A stretch of DNA of 53,126 nucleotides from Deltaproteobacteria bacterium (lineage in GTDB: Bacteria > Desulfobacterota > Binatia > UBA12015). Both the position numbers and the translations under genes were made by a program. The stretch spans positions 1 through 53,126 of the forward strand of contig JAYGCM010000059.1 in assembly GCA_046583355.1 (NCBI GenBank), written 5' to 3'. Below the pieces are notes generated by a model. That model saw only the letters and a list, made by a program, of their open reading frames with translations. It made no database searches and was not told the origin of the DNA. Positions 7,806 to 19,863 of this stretch are shown here, one piece after another. Positions within the stretch are counted from its first letter, which is position 1. Each line of letters begins with the position of its first letter.

Positions 7806-10027
7806 GGCTGGTCGATGAAAATCGGCGACGACCACGCGCGGTGCTCGGCGTCGGCGAGGCAATTATCGTCCCAGGGGCGGTCGAAGCACGGGCTGACAGA
7901 GGCGCAGCTCTCGGTATCCGAGCTCTGGCAATGAAGCGGGTTGGCGCCGACCGTCGGGGTCGGTTCTTCGATGGCGCGCGCGTAATAGAGTACGTCGCGG
8001 CCCGAGCCGAGGAAATCGTCATCGCGGAAGGTGACATCGCAGCCCTCGGTGCCGGCCGGGCAGGGGAGGGTCTTCCACGGGTCTTCGATCAGGTCGGCGA
8101 TATGCTCGTCGATGTGGCGCTGTGGGCGGACGCGCACGATCTCGATGCGGTTGATCGCGTTTCGCTGGTCGGTCGGGGAATAGCATTCGCCCTGACAGAG
8201 GCGCTCGAGGCGGCCTGCGGCCATCGACGCGATTGCGTCGGGCGGGCAGCCGGGTTTTTGGCGGAACGAACCGGCGGCGCGGACGCGGAACTCCGGGTTC
8301 TGGCTGAGTCGGGTCTCGGCGCCCATCGGCAGCATGGCACCCTCGGGGCCGTTCAGTAGGTCAAACCAGAGGAGGATACGCGGGCCGCTGGTGCCGTAGA
8401 CCTCGCGGCGCTGCATCGCGTCCCAGATCGCCTGGCGGTCGCGGCCGCTGGAATGGACGGCCGTAAGGCCGCCGTTCAAGAAGAACGAGGCCTGTCGTTC
8501 GGTTTCGAAGTTGGCAAAGGGTATGATGATCTCACCGATCTCGATGGCGACGGAGTCGTCGTCGGGGGCTCGGGTATCTCGCTTGCCCAATTGCGTATCG
8601 ACGAAGTTGCCGAAACGCGCTTCGGTGAACTCCTGGCGTGAGACAGGCTTGTAGCCCGTGCCGGGGCGCGCCGAGTGGTTGTCACTTGCGGCGAGGAAGC
8701 CGAAGCGGAAGCGGTCTTTGCCTTCGTCGTTCTCCGGGCGGTTCAGCGCCATGATGTATTGCGCGGTGCTCTTGGGTCGGTAATTGAAGGCCGGCAGGAA
8801 ACAATCCTTGCATTGTCCGGCGTCCTGCCAATCGCTGATCTGCGTGCCGGGGATTGTGGAGAATCCGCCGTTGAGCGGTGCGTAGATGAAATGGTTGCGC
8901 GCGACGGCGGCCTTCTCGGCGCATTCCTGGGCCGAGTTGCCGGCCGCCAGGCAGCGCTGTTCGATAATTACGCCGGCGCGCCAGCACGAAGGCGTGAAAT
9001 CCTTGGTGGGCGGCGGGCAGGCCTTGGCGCCGCCCTCGCCGAGCAGGACTTCCTGCCAATCGCGGTACTCCTCGGAGTTGCCGTGGCCGGAATAGACCTC
9101 GATCAGGCGCTGCCAGCGTGGGTTATGTTGTTCGTTGGTGAGCTGCTTGTCCCACGAGGATCCCAGGGGGGTGTAGAAGCCCCATGCCGTGCCATGCGGG
9201 ATGACCAGCGTGTCGACATTCCAATCGTCAAGCTTGGTGAAGAGTTCGGTCGGGGTGGCGGCGACCTCGCGGCAATCCACCGGCAACTCGCGGACCGCAA
9301 CGCCGGTGGGGCACTCCGGGACACCGCTGAGTTCGGTCATATATCGGGCGAGCTCCGGGCCTCCCGAGTCCGCCTCGGCGATCGCGAGTAACCCCATAAG
9401 CAGCGCCGGTGGCGCTGTCTCGGAGATCGGCGGTAGCCCGGGAGGGGTGCCGGCGGTGATCGGCCGTGTCGGGATCTGGCTGGCTTCGAGCCCACGCAGG
9501 ATGACATTCTTGTGGCCCCAATGGTTGCTCGGCTCGGTGCCGACCTGGGTCCATTCCCAGCCCAGGTAGGAGACCATATCGGGGTTGGTATCGCCGCCAA
9601 TATCCTGGCATTGACGAATCGCCGCTACTGTTTCTTCCCAGCGTTGTGGCGTGAGGCTGAGCGCGTGGTCATTGATCGACCAGAAATCGAGTGCGGCGCA
9701 ATGGCGGGCGAAGTCGCAGGCATCGGCCACCGGGTAGGCGCCCGTGCCGCCGGCCGTGGGCAGGCTCATCTGGAAGGCATCGAAGGAAAAAGTTGTATGG
9801 ACGTGCAGGTCGCCGAAGAGGATCTGTTTGGGTGCTTCGACGCCGAGGGCGACCGCGGTTTTCGCGACCGCTTCCTCGCGTGCGGCAACGATGGACGCGG
9901 CGCGGACTTTCGCCTCAGGCGTGCCGGCCGTCATGGATTCGGCAAAATAGCCCTTGCCGAGTACGAAGAGACCGGCAAATGCGAGCGCGGAGACGAGAGC
10001 GAGAGCAAGCAGGACCTTTTTGAGCAT
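7802..10027 (-). CDS. DUF3604 domain protein (PHP-like metallohydrolase fold), secreted or membrane-anchored
   Basis: N-terminal hydrophobic segment, FGDLHVHTTFSFDA, LDFWSINDH, GWEWT, ASDNHSARPG, VYGTSGPRI, YYARAIE, RAWSSPIF. Confidence 0.85.
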   Translation of the reverse strand: MLKKVLLALALVSALAFAGLFVLGKGYFAESMTAGTPEAKVRAASIVAAREEAVAKTAVALGVEAPKQILFGDLHVHTTFSFDAFQMSLPTAGGTGAYPVADACDFARHCAALDFWSINDHALSLTPQRWEETVAAIRQCQDIGGDTNPDMVSYLGWEWTQVGTEPSNHWGHKNVILRGLEASQIPTRPITAGTPPGLPPISETAPPALLMGLLAIAEADSGGPELARYMTELSGVPECPTGVAVRELPVDCREVAATPTELFTKLDDWNVDTLVIPHGTAWGFYTPLGSSWDKQLTNEQHNPRWQRLIEVYSGHGNSEEYRDWQEVLLGEGGAKACPPPTKDFTPSCWRAGVIIEQRCLAAGNSAQECAEKAAVARNHFIYAPLNGGFSTIPGTQISDWQDAGQCKDCFLPAFNYRPKSTAQYIMALNRPENDEGKDRFRFGFLAASDNHSARPGTGYKPVSRQEFTEARFGNFVDTQLGKRDTRAPDDDSVAIEIGEIIIPFANFETERQASFFLNGGLTAVHSSGRDRQAIWDAMQRREVYGTSGPRILLWFDLLNGPEGAMLPMGAETRLSQNPEFRVRAAGSFRQKPGCPPDAIASMAAGRLERLCQGECYSPTDQRNAINRIEIVRVRPQRHIDEHIADLIEDPWKTLPCPAGTEGCDVTFRDDDFLGSGRDVLYYARAIEEPTPTVGANPLHCQSSDTESCASVSPCFDRPWDDNCLADAEHRAWSSPIFIDQP

Positions 10028-10126
10028 CTTGAGCTTTTAACGCGCGCGGCTGGGGGTGCAAAGCCCGCTGCCCGGAGTCGGTCGGCACGGTCTTGCCGCG
10101 CGGCCGGCGCTCCGGGCGCGCGTTGC

Positions 10127-11026
10127 TCAGCGTTCGCGCTGCTGCACTTCGAAGATGGTACGGACGCGCGATGGCCCGACCTGACAGGGGCGCGGGTCGT
10201 GTCGTGCCCAACGAGCCGGCTTGCCGCGGATCAGCATATCGCCGTGCGGGCTCTCCCGGACCAGCTCGGTATAGGTGAAGGCATCGGCCGGAGCGTAGGT
10301 CTGCAGGAGCAGCGGGCGCTCCCGATCCGAGGTATTCGGTGCCGAGCCGTGCACCATGCGGCAATTATGGACCGTGATCGTGCCGGCCGGGCCGCTGGGG
10401 TAGACGGCCTTCGCGACGTCGGCCCGCGCGACGTCTGCCGAGGAGAGGCAGCCGACCCAGGTCTCGCCATCGTATTGGTCGTAGAGCGGGCCGCGGTGGC
10501 TGCCCGGAACGAAACCGACGTTGCCCATGCCGGGCAGGACGTCCTCAAGGAAGACGCCGATGGTCAGCGGTCCGTAATTCGTATGCGGCCAGAACTGGAT
10601 ATCCTGGTGCCATTTCACTTCTTCGCCGCCGTGTGGGGCCTTGAAGTTGAGCTTGCTGTGGTGGAATTTCAGATCCGGTCCGAGCAGGTCGCCGGCGAGG
10701 TCGGCCAGGACGGATTGGCTCACGAATTCCCAGAACGTATCGTGCAGGTCGGCAGGCGAGACCAGGCGGCGCAGCCGCGGTGTCGCGGCGCTATGGCCCT
10801 GCTCGAGGTCGAAGAGCCGAGTGGATTCCGTCAAGGTACGGCTTGCCTCGATGAACTCGGCCGTGGCGGCGCGCAATCTTTCCAGCCAGCCCGTATCGAC
10901 CAATCCCTCGATGGCGAGGAAGCCGTCGCGCTCATAGGCTTCGCGTTGCTGCGGTCTGAGCACGCGCATGGCCGCGGGCGAGCCGCCGGTGATGCGTTCG
11001 GGATGGTCGTTTGCGGTATCCGACAT
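10127..11026 (-). CDS. Phytanoyl-CoA dioxygenase (PhyH) family Fe(II)/2OG oxygenase
   Basis: YERDGFL, KLNFK, WHQD (HxD), FVPGSH, HGSAPNTSDRER. Confidence 0.88.
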   Translation of the reverse strand: MSDTANDHPERITGGSPAAMRVLRPQQREAYERDGFLAIEGLVDTGWLERLRAATAEFIEASRTLTESTRLFDLEQGHSAATPRLRRLVSPADLHDTFWEFVSQSVLADLAGDLLGPDLKFHHSKLNFKAPHGGEEVKWHQDIQFWPHTNYGPLTIGVFLEDVLPGMGNVGFVPGSHRGPLYDQYDGETWVGCLSSADVARADVAKAVYPSGPAGTITVHNCRMVHGSAPNTSDRERPLLLQTYAPADAFTYTELVRESPHGDMLIRGKPARWARHDPRPCQVGPSRVRTIFEVQQRER

Positions 11027-11032
11027 GGTAGC

Positions 11033-13735
<2,703 letters not shown>

Positions 13736-13931
13736 TCACAAGGTCTAGCCATCACCCACCCTGAGCAAAAGGGGGCGTTGCCGGGGTCTTCGACCCCGTT
13801 GCTCGGGTGGCGTGCTGCGTCGCCGCATTCGGAGCCTCCGTTGCGTCGGGCGATTTGCGTGCGCGCGCCGCTTTCTGGTTGGTTGGAGAAAGGTCAGCGG
13901 CCGCGTGCCGCGGCGGAGGAGTAGAGAAGCG

Positions 13932-14405
13932 ATGCGCACGAAATTCGATGGAACCACCTGGGCCTTTGCCCTTCTGATCATGGCTTTTGCCGGCAATGCG
14001 GCGGCCCATGCGGCGCATGCGGACCTCGCGAAACTTCCGGCAGGGCCGATTCGCGATCGCGTGCAGCTGATGGAAGACATCGGGGCCGACGCAAAGAAGA
14101 TCAACGAGGCGCTCAAGGCGGGCGATGCCCAGGCCATGATCGCCCCGGCGGAGCATATTGCCGCGATCGCCCCGCAATTCCCGGAGCTCTTTCCCGAGGG
14201 CAGCACCGACCCCAGCTCCCGCGCCAAGCCGAATATCTGGACCAAGCCCGATGAGTTCGAGGCCCACAACGAGTATTTGGTCCAACACGCCATAGCCATC
14301 GCGACGGCCGCCAAAAGCGGCGGCAATACCAAGGCCGCTGTCCGCAAACTCTTCAAAGACTGCAAGGGTTGCCACAAACAATACCGCATTCCTGACGAAG
14401 ACTGA
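13932..14405 (+). CDS. Class II cytochrome c (cytochrome c'/c556), periplasmic
   Basis: Signal peptide, R...M helix, LFPEGS..S.AKPNIW..F, C-terminal CKGCHKQYR. Confidence 0.88.
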   Translation: MRTKFDGTTWAFALLIMAFAGNAAAHAAHADLAKLPAGPIRDRVQLMEDIGADAKKINEALKAGDAQAMIAPAEHIAAIAPQFPELFPEGSTDPSSRAKPNIWTKPDEFEAHNEYLVQHAIAIATAAKSGGNTKAAVRKLFKDCKGCHKQYRIPDED

Positions 14406-14633
14406 GGCAGCGAAGAGGCACCCTCCGGGCTGGTGCTCTGGCCGCACCTGGAGGTCCGGAATATTTCTCGGGCCCGCTGATATTCCTCATGCATTTCCCC
14501 TCGGCGTCGGTGGGCCGTGTGAGTGACCGTTGGCGCGGGCGAGGGACCGCGCCTCGTATAGGGGCTGGCAAACCGCAAGATGGTTCCCTAATCTGATCGG
14601 GTCGGGCCTTCCTGCCTGGCTTGGAGGTTCCCG

Positions 14634-16463
14634 ATGGCTCGAATTCGAATTGGCAGACGTACTCCCCTGACGCTCTGCGTCATCATGGCCTTCGGCCTGT
14701 CCGCTTGTGCGGGTTCCGGGGGTGCGCCGCTGACGGGTGAGGGTGGTGGCGAGCCGCAGCCTACGGCCGAGCCGGCGCCGCAGCCTACGGCCGAACCTGC
14801 TCCCCAGCCCACGCCGGAGCCGGAAGATCCCGAATGCGCCGAGGGTGTGTCCTATGACAGCACCTTCGATGCCGTCGAGCAGATCGTCTTTGATCGCTAC
14901 GGATGCCGGAACCAGGGCTGTCACGGCCAAGGTGCGTCGGCTGGCGGCCTCGATCTCTCGCCGGGCAATGCCTGGGCGAATTTGCATGATGTGGATTCCC
15001 TGATCAGCTCGGATAAGAGAATCCTGCCGGGCGGCGCCACGCGCAGCATTCTTTACCAGAAGCTGGCTGCAGCCACGCTGGGCGATATGGTCCCCGGATC
15101 CGCGATGCCGGTCGGCAGCGAACCACTCACCGAGAACGACCTGAACCTGGTGCGTTGGTGGATCTATGGCGGAGCTCCCGAGGAGGGTGTCGTGGCCGAT
15201 GCCGCGCCCTTCATCAATGGCTGTCTCCCTGATCTCGAGCCTCTGACGATCAAGCCGCTGGACAAGCCGGCGGCCGGAGAAGGCATCCAGATCGTCATGC
15301 CTACCTTCGACCTGATGCCCGGGCTGGAGGCCGAGCGTTGCTTCGCGTCGTATTTCGACGTCTGTGACGATGTGCCCGAGGCGATGAAGACGACCAATCC
15401 CAATCTTCCGGGTCGCGAGTTCTTCATCTTTGATACCCGCGAGCTGCGCATGGACCCGGGCAGCCATCACCTCATCCTGAACTACTCCCTGTTGGATCCC
15501 GATCAGCTCGACCACGAAGATTTCGGCGACTTCCGCTGCAAGGGTGGGGCGATGCACGGAGAGCTTTGCGAGCCTACGGACATGGAGTTCTGTGGCGAGG
15601 CCAGCCTGTGTGCGAGTGACTTCCGCGAAGGCTTCACCTGCGCTGGCTTCGGGCCCAGTGTGCCTGGAGCGGCGCGCAGCTTTTTCCCGATCGGTGGAGC
15701 CCAGCGAGCGCAGGATTACCGCGAATATCCTGAGGGCGTTTACAACGCGCTGCCCTGCCGCGGCGTCCTCTTTTGGAACCCGCATACCTTCAACCTGACG
15801 GCGATTCCGCACCAGCCGCAGGCACGCCTCAACTACTATTTCGCTGACCCCGACAACCTTCAATACGATTCGCGAGGTATCTTCGATACCAGCCGTATCT
15901 TTGTAGCGGACAACGCGCCGTTTACCCGCGAGACCTATTGCCACGAGTATGTGCTGCCGCAGGGTGCTCGTCTCTATGAGCTCACTTCGCATACGCACCG
16001 TCACGGCAAGCGGTTCTGGATCGACGATCCCGACGGCAACCTCCTCTACGAGAACTTCATCTATAACGACCCTCTGACCCTCAACTTCGACCCGCCGCTC
16101 GAGTACGACGACGCCGACCCGGCAACCCGGACGCTTCATTATTGTTCGGTCTATAATAATGGGCTGACCGACGAGGACGAGCCGGATATCGAGTTGGTCA
16201 CGCGCGCCTCGCGGGTTCCCGAGAGTGCTCGCGTGCCGGGTTCCTTCGGTACCTGCGAGCCGGTTGCCTGTGTCGCCGGCAATATCGGCGCCGCCTGCGA
16301 CGATGGCGTGGCCGGAAATCTCACCGGCGACGATGCTGCCTGTGACAGCTCACCGGGCGAAGGCGACGGCTTCTGCGACGCCTGCAATATCACCGCCGGG
16401 GAGAGCACGGAGAACGAAATGTTCCTTCTTCTCGGCTCCTTCTATGTCGTTGATCTGGACTAA
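14634..16463 (+). CDS. Lipoprotein: haem-c (CX4CH) domain fused to a copper type II (PHM/DBH-like) monooxygenase domain, paralogue 1
   Basis: Lipobox GLSAC; Pro/Thr linker; CRNQGCH...SILYQKL...AMP...WIYGGA; SHHLIL, WNPH, SHTHRHG, ENEMF; Cys-rich inserts. Confidence 0.72.
   Translation: MARIRIGRRTPLTLCVIMAFGLSACAGSGGAPLTGEGGGEPQPTAEPAPQPTAEPAPQPTPEPEDPECAEGVSYDSTFDAVEQIVFDRYGCRNQGCHGQGASAGGLDLSPGNAWANLHDVDSLISSDKRILPGGATRSILYQKLAAATLGDMVPGSAMPVGSEPLTENDLNLVRWWIYGGAPEEGVVADAAPFINGCLPDLEPLTIKPLDKPAAGEGIQIVMPTFDLMPGLEAERCFASYFDVCDDVPEAMKTTNPNLPGREFFIFDTRELRMDPGSHHLILNYSLLDPDQLDHEDFGDFRCKGGAMHGELCEPTDMEFCGEASLCASDFREGFTCAGFGPSVPGAARSFFPIGGAQRAQDYREYPEGVYNALPCRGVLFWNPHTFNLTAIPHQPQARLNYYFADPDNLQYDSRGIFDTSRIFVADNAPFTRETYCHEYVLPQGARLYELTSHTHRHGKRFWIDDPDGNLLYENFIYNDPLTLNFDPPLEYDDADPATRTLHYCSVYNNGLTDEDEPDIELVTRASRVPESARVPGSFGTCEPVACVAGNIGAACDDGVAGNLTGDDAACDSSPGEGDGFCDACNITAGESTENEMFLLLGSFYVVDLD
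14751..14822 (+). repeat. Degenerate 24-nt tandem repeat encoding the Pro/Thr linker EPQPTAEPAPQPTAEPAPQPTPEP
   Basis: CCGCAGCCTACGGCCGA occurs twice 24 nt apart, with a third degenerate copy. Confidence 0.8.
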
Positions 16464-16485
16464 TCGGTAGATCCAGTCTCAAGCC

Positions 16486-16525
16486 GAAGGGGTCGGTGGC
16501 GTTTCGCTGCCGGCCCCTTCTTTGT
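16486..16525 (+). terminator. Rho-independent terminator after monooxygenase paralogue 1
   Basis: GAAGGGGTCGGTGGCG-TTT-CGCTGCCGGCCCCTTC followed by TTTGT. Confidence 0.75.
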
Positions 16526-16584
16526 GGTTTTTCCGGCGGTGCTCGGATGCCGCCTTTGTTGTGGTTGGCGGGGAGACTCTTTGG

Positions 16585-16851
16585 TCAGGACCGCGACCGA
16601 TACACCTCGCGACGGTGGCGGACGCGGACGACGGTGATGATCAGAACGTCGTCTTCGATTGCGTAGAGGATGCGGAAGTTCCCTTGCCGAATGCGGTATC
16701 GCTCCTGACCCGAGAGTTTTTTGGCGCCAGGCGGGCGGGGATCCTCGCCAAGGCTCTTGATCGCTGCGACAATCCGGTTCGCGCCTCTCTTGGGGATGCC
16801 CTTCAGGTCTTTCGCAACCGATTTTCGCAGGATGATTCTATATCGTCCCAT
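16585..16851 (-). CDS. relE: Type II toxin, RelE/ParE (RelE/StbE) family
   Basis: 88 aa, basic; DPRPPGAKKLSG..YRIRQGNFRILYAI...VRHRREVYR. Overlaps the antitoxin by 14 bp. Confidence 0.9.
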   Translation of the reverse strand: MGRYRIILRKSVAKDLKGIPKRGANRIVAAIKSLGEDPRPPGAKKLSGQERYRIRQGNFRILYAIEDDVLIITVVRVRHRREVYRSRS

Positions 16852-17071
16852 CGTCTTTCAGGCTTTTGACGAAATCCTCGAAATCTACAGTCGGCTCAGC
16901 GGCGCGTTTTTCGAAGCTGGCTAGATCGTCCGCGTCTTCGGCCAGCTCGGCGCGGATAGCATCGTTGATCAGCTCCGAGACCGATTGCGATGTCTCGATC
17001 GATTGGAGGCGCAACGCCTTGTGGAGGGCCGGATCCAGGTAGACCGTTGCTCGCTTGGTCAATGCGCTCAT
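16838..17071 (-). CDS. Antitoxin, CopG/ribbon-helix-helix type
   Basis: KRATVYLDPALHKAL...SVSELINDAIR RHH pattern, acidic C-terminus, directly upstream of relE. Confidence 0.85.
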   Translation of the reverse strand: MSALTKRATVYLDPALHKALRLQSIETSQSVSELINDAIRAELAEDADDLASFEKRAAEPTVDFEDFVKSLKDDGTI

Positions 17072-17073
17072 GA

Positions 17074-17107
17074 ATAGCGTTGTACCGCTATAACGTTATA
17101 GCGTCAA
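17074..17107 (-). promoter_or_regulatory. Sigma70 promoter with palindromic operator; leaderless TA transcript
   Basis: Minus strand TTGACG (17107-17102)-17 nt-TACAAC (17084-17079)-7 nt-ATG. Perfect 18-bp palindrome CGCTATAACGTTATAGCG at 17086-17103. Confidence 0.8.
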
Positions 17108-17223
17108 TGGAGCGCTTCCCCTTGTAGGGAGCATAGGGTCTGCCCGTCGTTTGGTAGAGGCGGTCGCGGGGCAGCCCTTGCGCGGGGGTTGCATCGCTTC
17201 GGTAACGGGCCTATCCCGGCTGC

Positions 17224-18477
17224 ATGATTCCGTCTGGATCCGATGGCGACTCTTCGGAGTCTGCGCCGCGCGAGCGGATCGTGATCCATGCAGATATGGA
17301 CGCATTTTTCGCTTCGGTCGAGCAACGTGAGCACCCCGAGTTGCGTGGCCGTCCGGTCATTGTGGCCGGGGCGCCGCCGCGTGGTGTCGTTTCGGCCGCC
17401 TCTTACGAGGCGCGGAAATTCGGGATCCGCTCGGCCATGCCGACCGCAGAAGCGCTACAGCGCTGTCGCGGCGTGCATCGGGTTGATGGTAATATGAAGC
17501 TTTACGCTGCTGTGTCGAAGAAGATCCGCGCGGTTTTCGAGGAGTTCTCACCCGAGGTCGAGCCCCTTTCGCTCGACGAGGCCTTCATCGACATCACTCA
17601 TTCCCGTCGCGTGCTGCAGGGGACCAAAGAAGAGATCGGCCGGCGGCTGAAGCGCCGCGTCCTGGAGGAGACCGGCCTCAAGGTCTCGGTGGGCATCGCC
17701 GAGGTGAAGATGGTCGCGAAGATCGCCGGCGATCTCTCGAAGCCCGACGGCCTGATGATCGTCGACCCGGGCCATGGCCGGACGTTTCTCGCGCCTTTGC
17801 CGCTGCGCCGGCTCTGGGGTGTGGGCCCGGTGCAAGGCGAGCGCCTTATGCGCCGCGGTCTGCTTTGCATTGGCGACCTCGCCGCCTTGGAAGATGTCGA
17901 GCCGGGCAGTGAGCTTGCCCGGTTGCGTTCGCTGGCCAGAGCCGAAGACGGGCGCGCGGTTGAGGTCGCCCGCGAGGCGCGCTCGATCGGCGAGGAGCGG
18001 ACCTTCTCCCATGATGTCGAGGACCGCGGGCGGCTTCGCGAAGTGCTGGGTCAGCATGCCGACGCGGTGGCGCGGCGGCTGCGCAAGGAAGGGCTTGTGG
18101 CGCGTGTCGTGCGGCTCAAACTCAAATCCGACGAGAAGCTCGATAGGCCGGGTAAATACCGGCTCTATACCCGCCAAATGACGCTGGCCGAGCCGAGCGA
18201 CGACGGTCGCCGCATCGCGAAGACGGCGTGCGCTTTGTTGCAGGATCCCTCCTTGCCGCGGCGTGTCCGCCTCGTCGGCGTGACCGCCGCGGGGCTCCAG
18301 GAGCAGGGCGTGGACCCCTCCGGGCAACTCGGCCTCTTCGGCGCAGTGCAGCCGGATCCCTTGAACAACGCGCTCGATACGATTCAGGACCGCTTCGGCA
18401 GCGAAGCCATCCGCCGCGGTACCATCGCCCCCAACGAGAAGGCCTCACCCACCGGACAGATCAAGCGCGGCGAGTAG
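17224..18477 (+). CDS. dinB: DNA polymerase IV
   Basis: IHADMDAFFASVE, SYEARKFGIRSAMP, LSLDEAFID, AKIAGDLSKPDG, LWGVG, little-finger VRLVGV. Exact start uncertain. Confidence 0.95.
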   Translation: MIPSGSDGDSSESAPRERIVIHADMDAFFASVEQREHPELRGRPVIVAGAPPRGVVSAASYEARKFGIRSAMPTAEALQRCRGVHRVDGNMKLYAAVSKKIRAVFEEFSPEVEPLSLDEAFIDITHSRRVLQGTKEEIGRRLKRRVLEETGLKVSVGIAEVKMVAKIAGDLSKPDGLMIVDPGHGRTFLAPLPLRRLWGVGPVQGERLMRRGLLCIGDLAALEDVEPGSELARLRSLARAEDGRAVEVAREARSIGEERTFSHDVEDRGRLREVLGQHADAVARRLRKEGLVARVVRLKLKSDEKLDRPGKYRLYTRQMTLAEPSDDGRRIAKTACALLQDPSLPRRVRLVGVTAAGLQEQGVDPSGQLGLFGAVQPDPLNNALDTIQDRFGSEAIRRGTIAPNEKASPTGQIKRGE

Positions 18478-18494
18478 CCCGGCCGGGCGCGGGC

Positions 18495-19766
18495 TCAGGC
18501 TGGCGGCTGCGAAGTCCCGACGGGTGCGAGGCGTAGCTCGCGAATCATCGGGAAGCCGAAGATAAAGACCAGGCCGACCACGATGGTCGGGATGATGCCG
18601 AAGATGCCGAGAGCCATTCGGTCGCCGATCTGATCGGCGAGTATGCCGATGACGAGATGGCCGAGGAAACCGAGCTGCGCGATGGTGAAGACAAGGCCCA
18701 TCACGCGCCCGCGCATTTCTTCGGGAACGACCATCTGCAGGCCGGAGAGCGCGGCGATATTCCAGACTTGGCCGCTTACGCCCAGCGCGAATTCGACACC
18801 GACGAGGTAGGGAAGCGAGTCGGCGAAGGCATAGGCGAATACGCAAATTGCGTAGACCCAGAGACTTCCGACGACCACCAATCCGACCCGTCGGATCGGT
18901 AACGCCACCAAGACGAAGGCCGCCAATAAAGATCCTGCGCCTTGTGCTGCCGCCATCGCACCATAGGCCGAGCTGCCCTCGCCGAGGATGTAGCGAGCAT
19001 AAATCGGCCGCATCGGGAAGACCGCGCCGTTGAAGATGGTCATGCAGCAGGCAAGAAGAACAAAGCGCAGGGGCGGGTTGCTCCAGACATAGGCAAATCC
19101 CTCACGCAGATCCTGCGAGAGGCTTCGCTGATGCGCATTCGGTTTGGGTTCGCCGCGGATCGGAATCAGCAGCAGGAGAATCGTGGCGAAGAGGAAGAAT
19201 GCGGACGCGCTGGTGAAGGTGAGCGCGGTGCCGACGGCCGCGATGATCGTGCCGCCGATGGCGCGGCCCAGGATCATGGCCGAGCCGGTGGCGGTGGCGT
19301 TGAGCGCGACGGCTCGGGTGGCGCGCTCGCGTGTGGCGACATCAAAGACGTAGGTCATTGTCGCCGGGCCGAGTAGGGCGGCTGTGAGTCCTGTGCCAAA
19401 CGCGACGAGGATGCCCTGCCAGACGTGGGCTGTGTCCGCGAATGTGAGCAAAGCCATCGTCGCGCTGAGGGAGGCGAGGACGAGGCGTCCCGCCAGCAGC
19501 AGCGCCCGTTTGGAGACGCGGTCGGCGATCACGCCACCGAGCGGTGACATCAATGCGATGGCACCGAATTGGACGAAGCCGACCAGCCCGATCACGGTGC
19601 GCGAGGGCGTCAGGCCGGTGATCAGCCATTGCATCGCGATCATGGCGGTCTGGATCGCAACGATATGAGTGAAATTGGAGACGACGAGCGGTCGGAGATG
19701 GGGGATGCGCAAGGTAGCCAGCGCTCCCCTGAGCCCCGTCTCCGTGTCCTCGTTCCGATCCGCCAC
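18495..19766 (-). CDS. MFS transporter (MFS_3/DHA3-like)
   Basis: About 12 hydrophobic segments, GGVIADRVSKR motif A, LREGFAYV, VPEEMRGRVMG. Confidence 0.9.
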   Translation of the reverse strand: MADRNEDTETGLRGALATLRIPHLRPLVVSNFTHIVAIQTAMIAMQWLITGLTPSRTVIGLVGFVQFGAIALMSPLGGVIADRVSKRALLLAGRLVLASLSATMALLTFADTAHVWQGILVAFGTGLTAALLGPATMTYVFDVATRERATRAVALNATATGSAMILGRAIGGTIIAAVGTALTFTSASAFFLFATILLLLIPIRGEPKPNAHQRSLSQDLREGFAYVWSNPPLRFVLLACCMTIFNGAVFPMRPIYARYILGEGSSAYGAMAAAQGAGSLLAAFVLVALPIRRVGLVVVGSLWVYAICVFAYAFADSLPYLVGVEFALGVSGQVWNIAALSGLQMVVPEEMRGRVMGLVFTIAQLGFLGHLVIGILADQIGDRMALGIFGIIPTIVVGLVFIFGFPMIRELRLAPVGTSQPPA

Positions 19767-19863
19767 GGGTTCTTTCTAGAGGTCCGGCGGAAAAGTGCAC
19801 CGTTCGGACCAAGGGCGCCGCAGCTTCACGAGGGAAGCTGCGGCGCCCGCGGCCAGAGGCAGC

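Noticed and set aside
14751..14822. Short tandem repeats here and at about 21441-21520 as a possible CRISPR or VNTR
   Set aside because: In-frame degenerate Pro/Thr linker codons, with no unique spacers and no cas genes.
17108..17223. LexA box upstream of dinB
   Set aside because: No recognisable SOS-box pattern; the nearby palindrome is better explained as the TA operator.
16464..19863. TA-dinB-MFS block as a mobile island between the two monooxygenase paralogues
   Set aside because: No integrase, transposase or flanking direct repeats seen; the paralogues are too diverged to be a target duplication.
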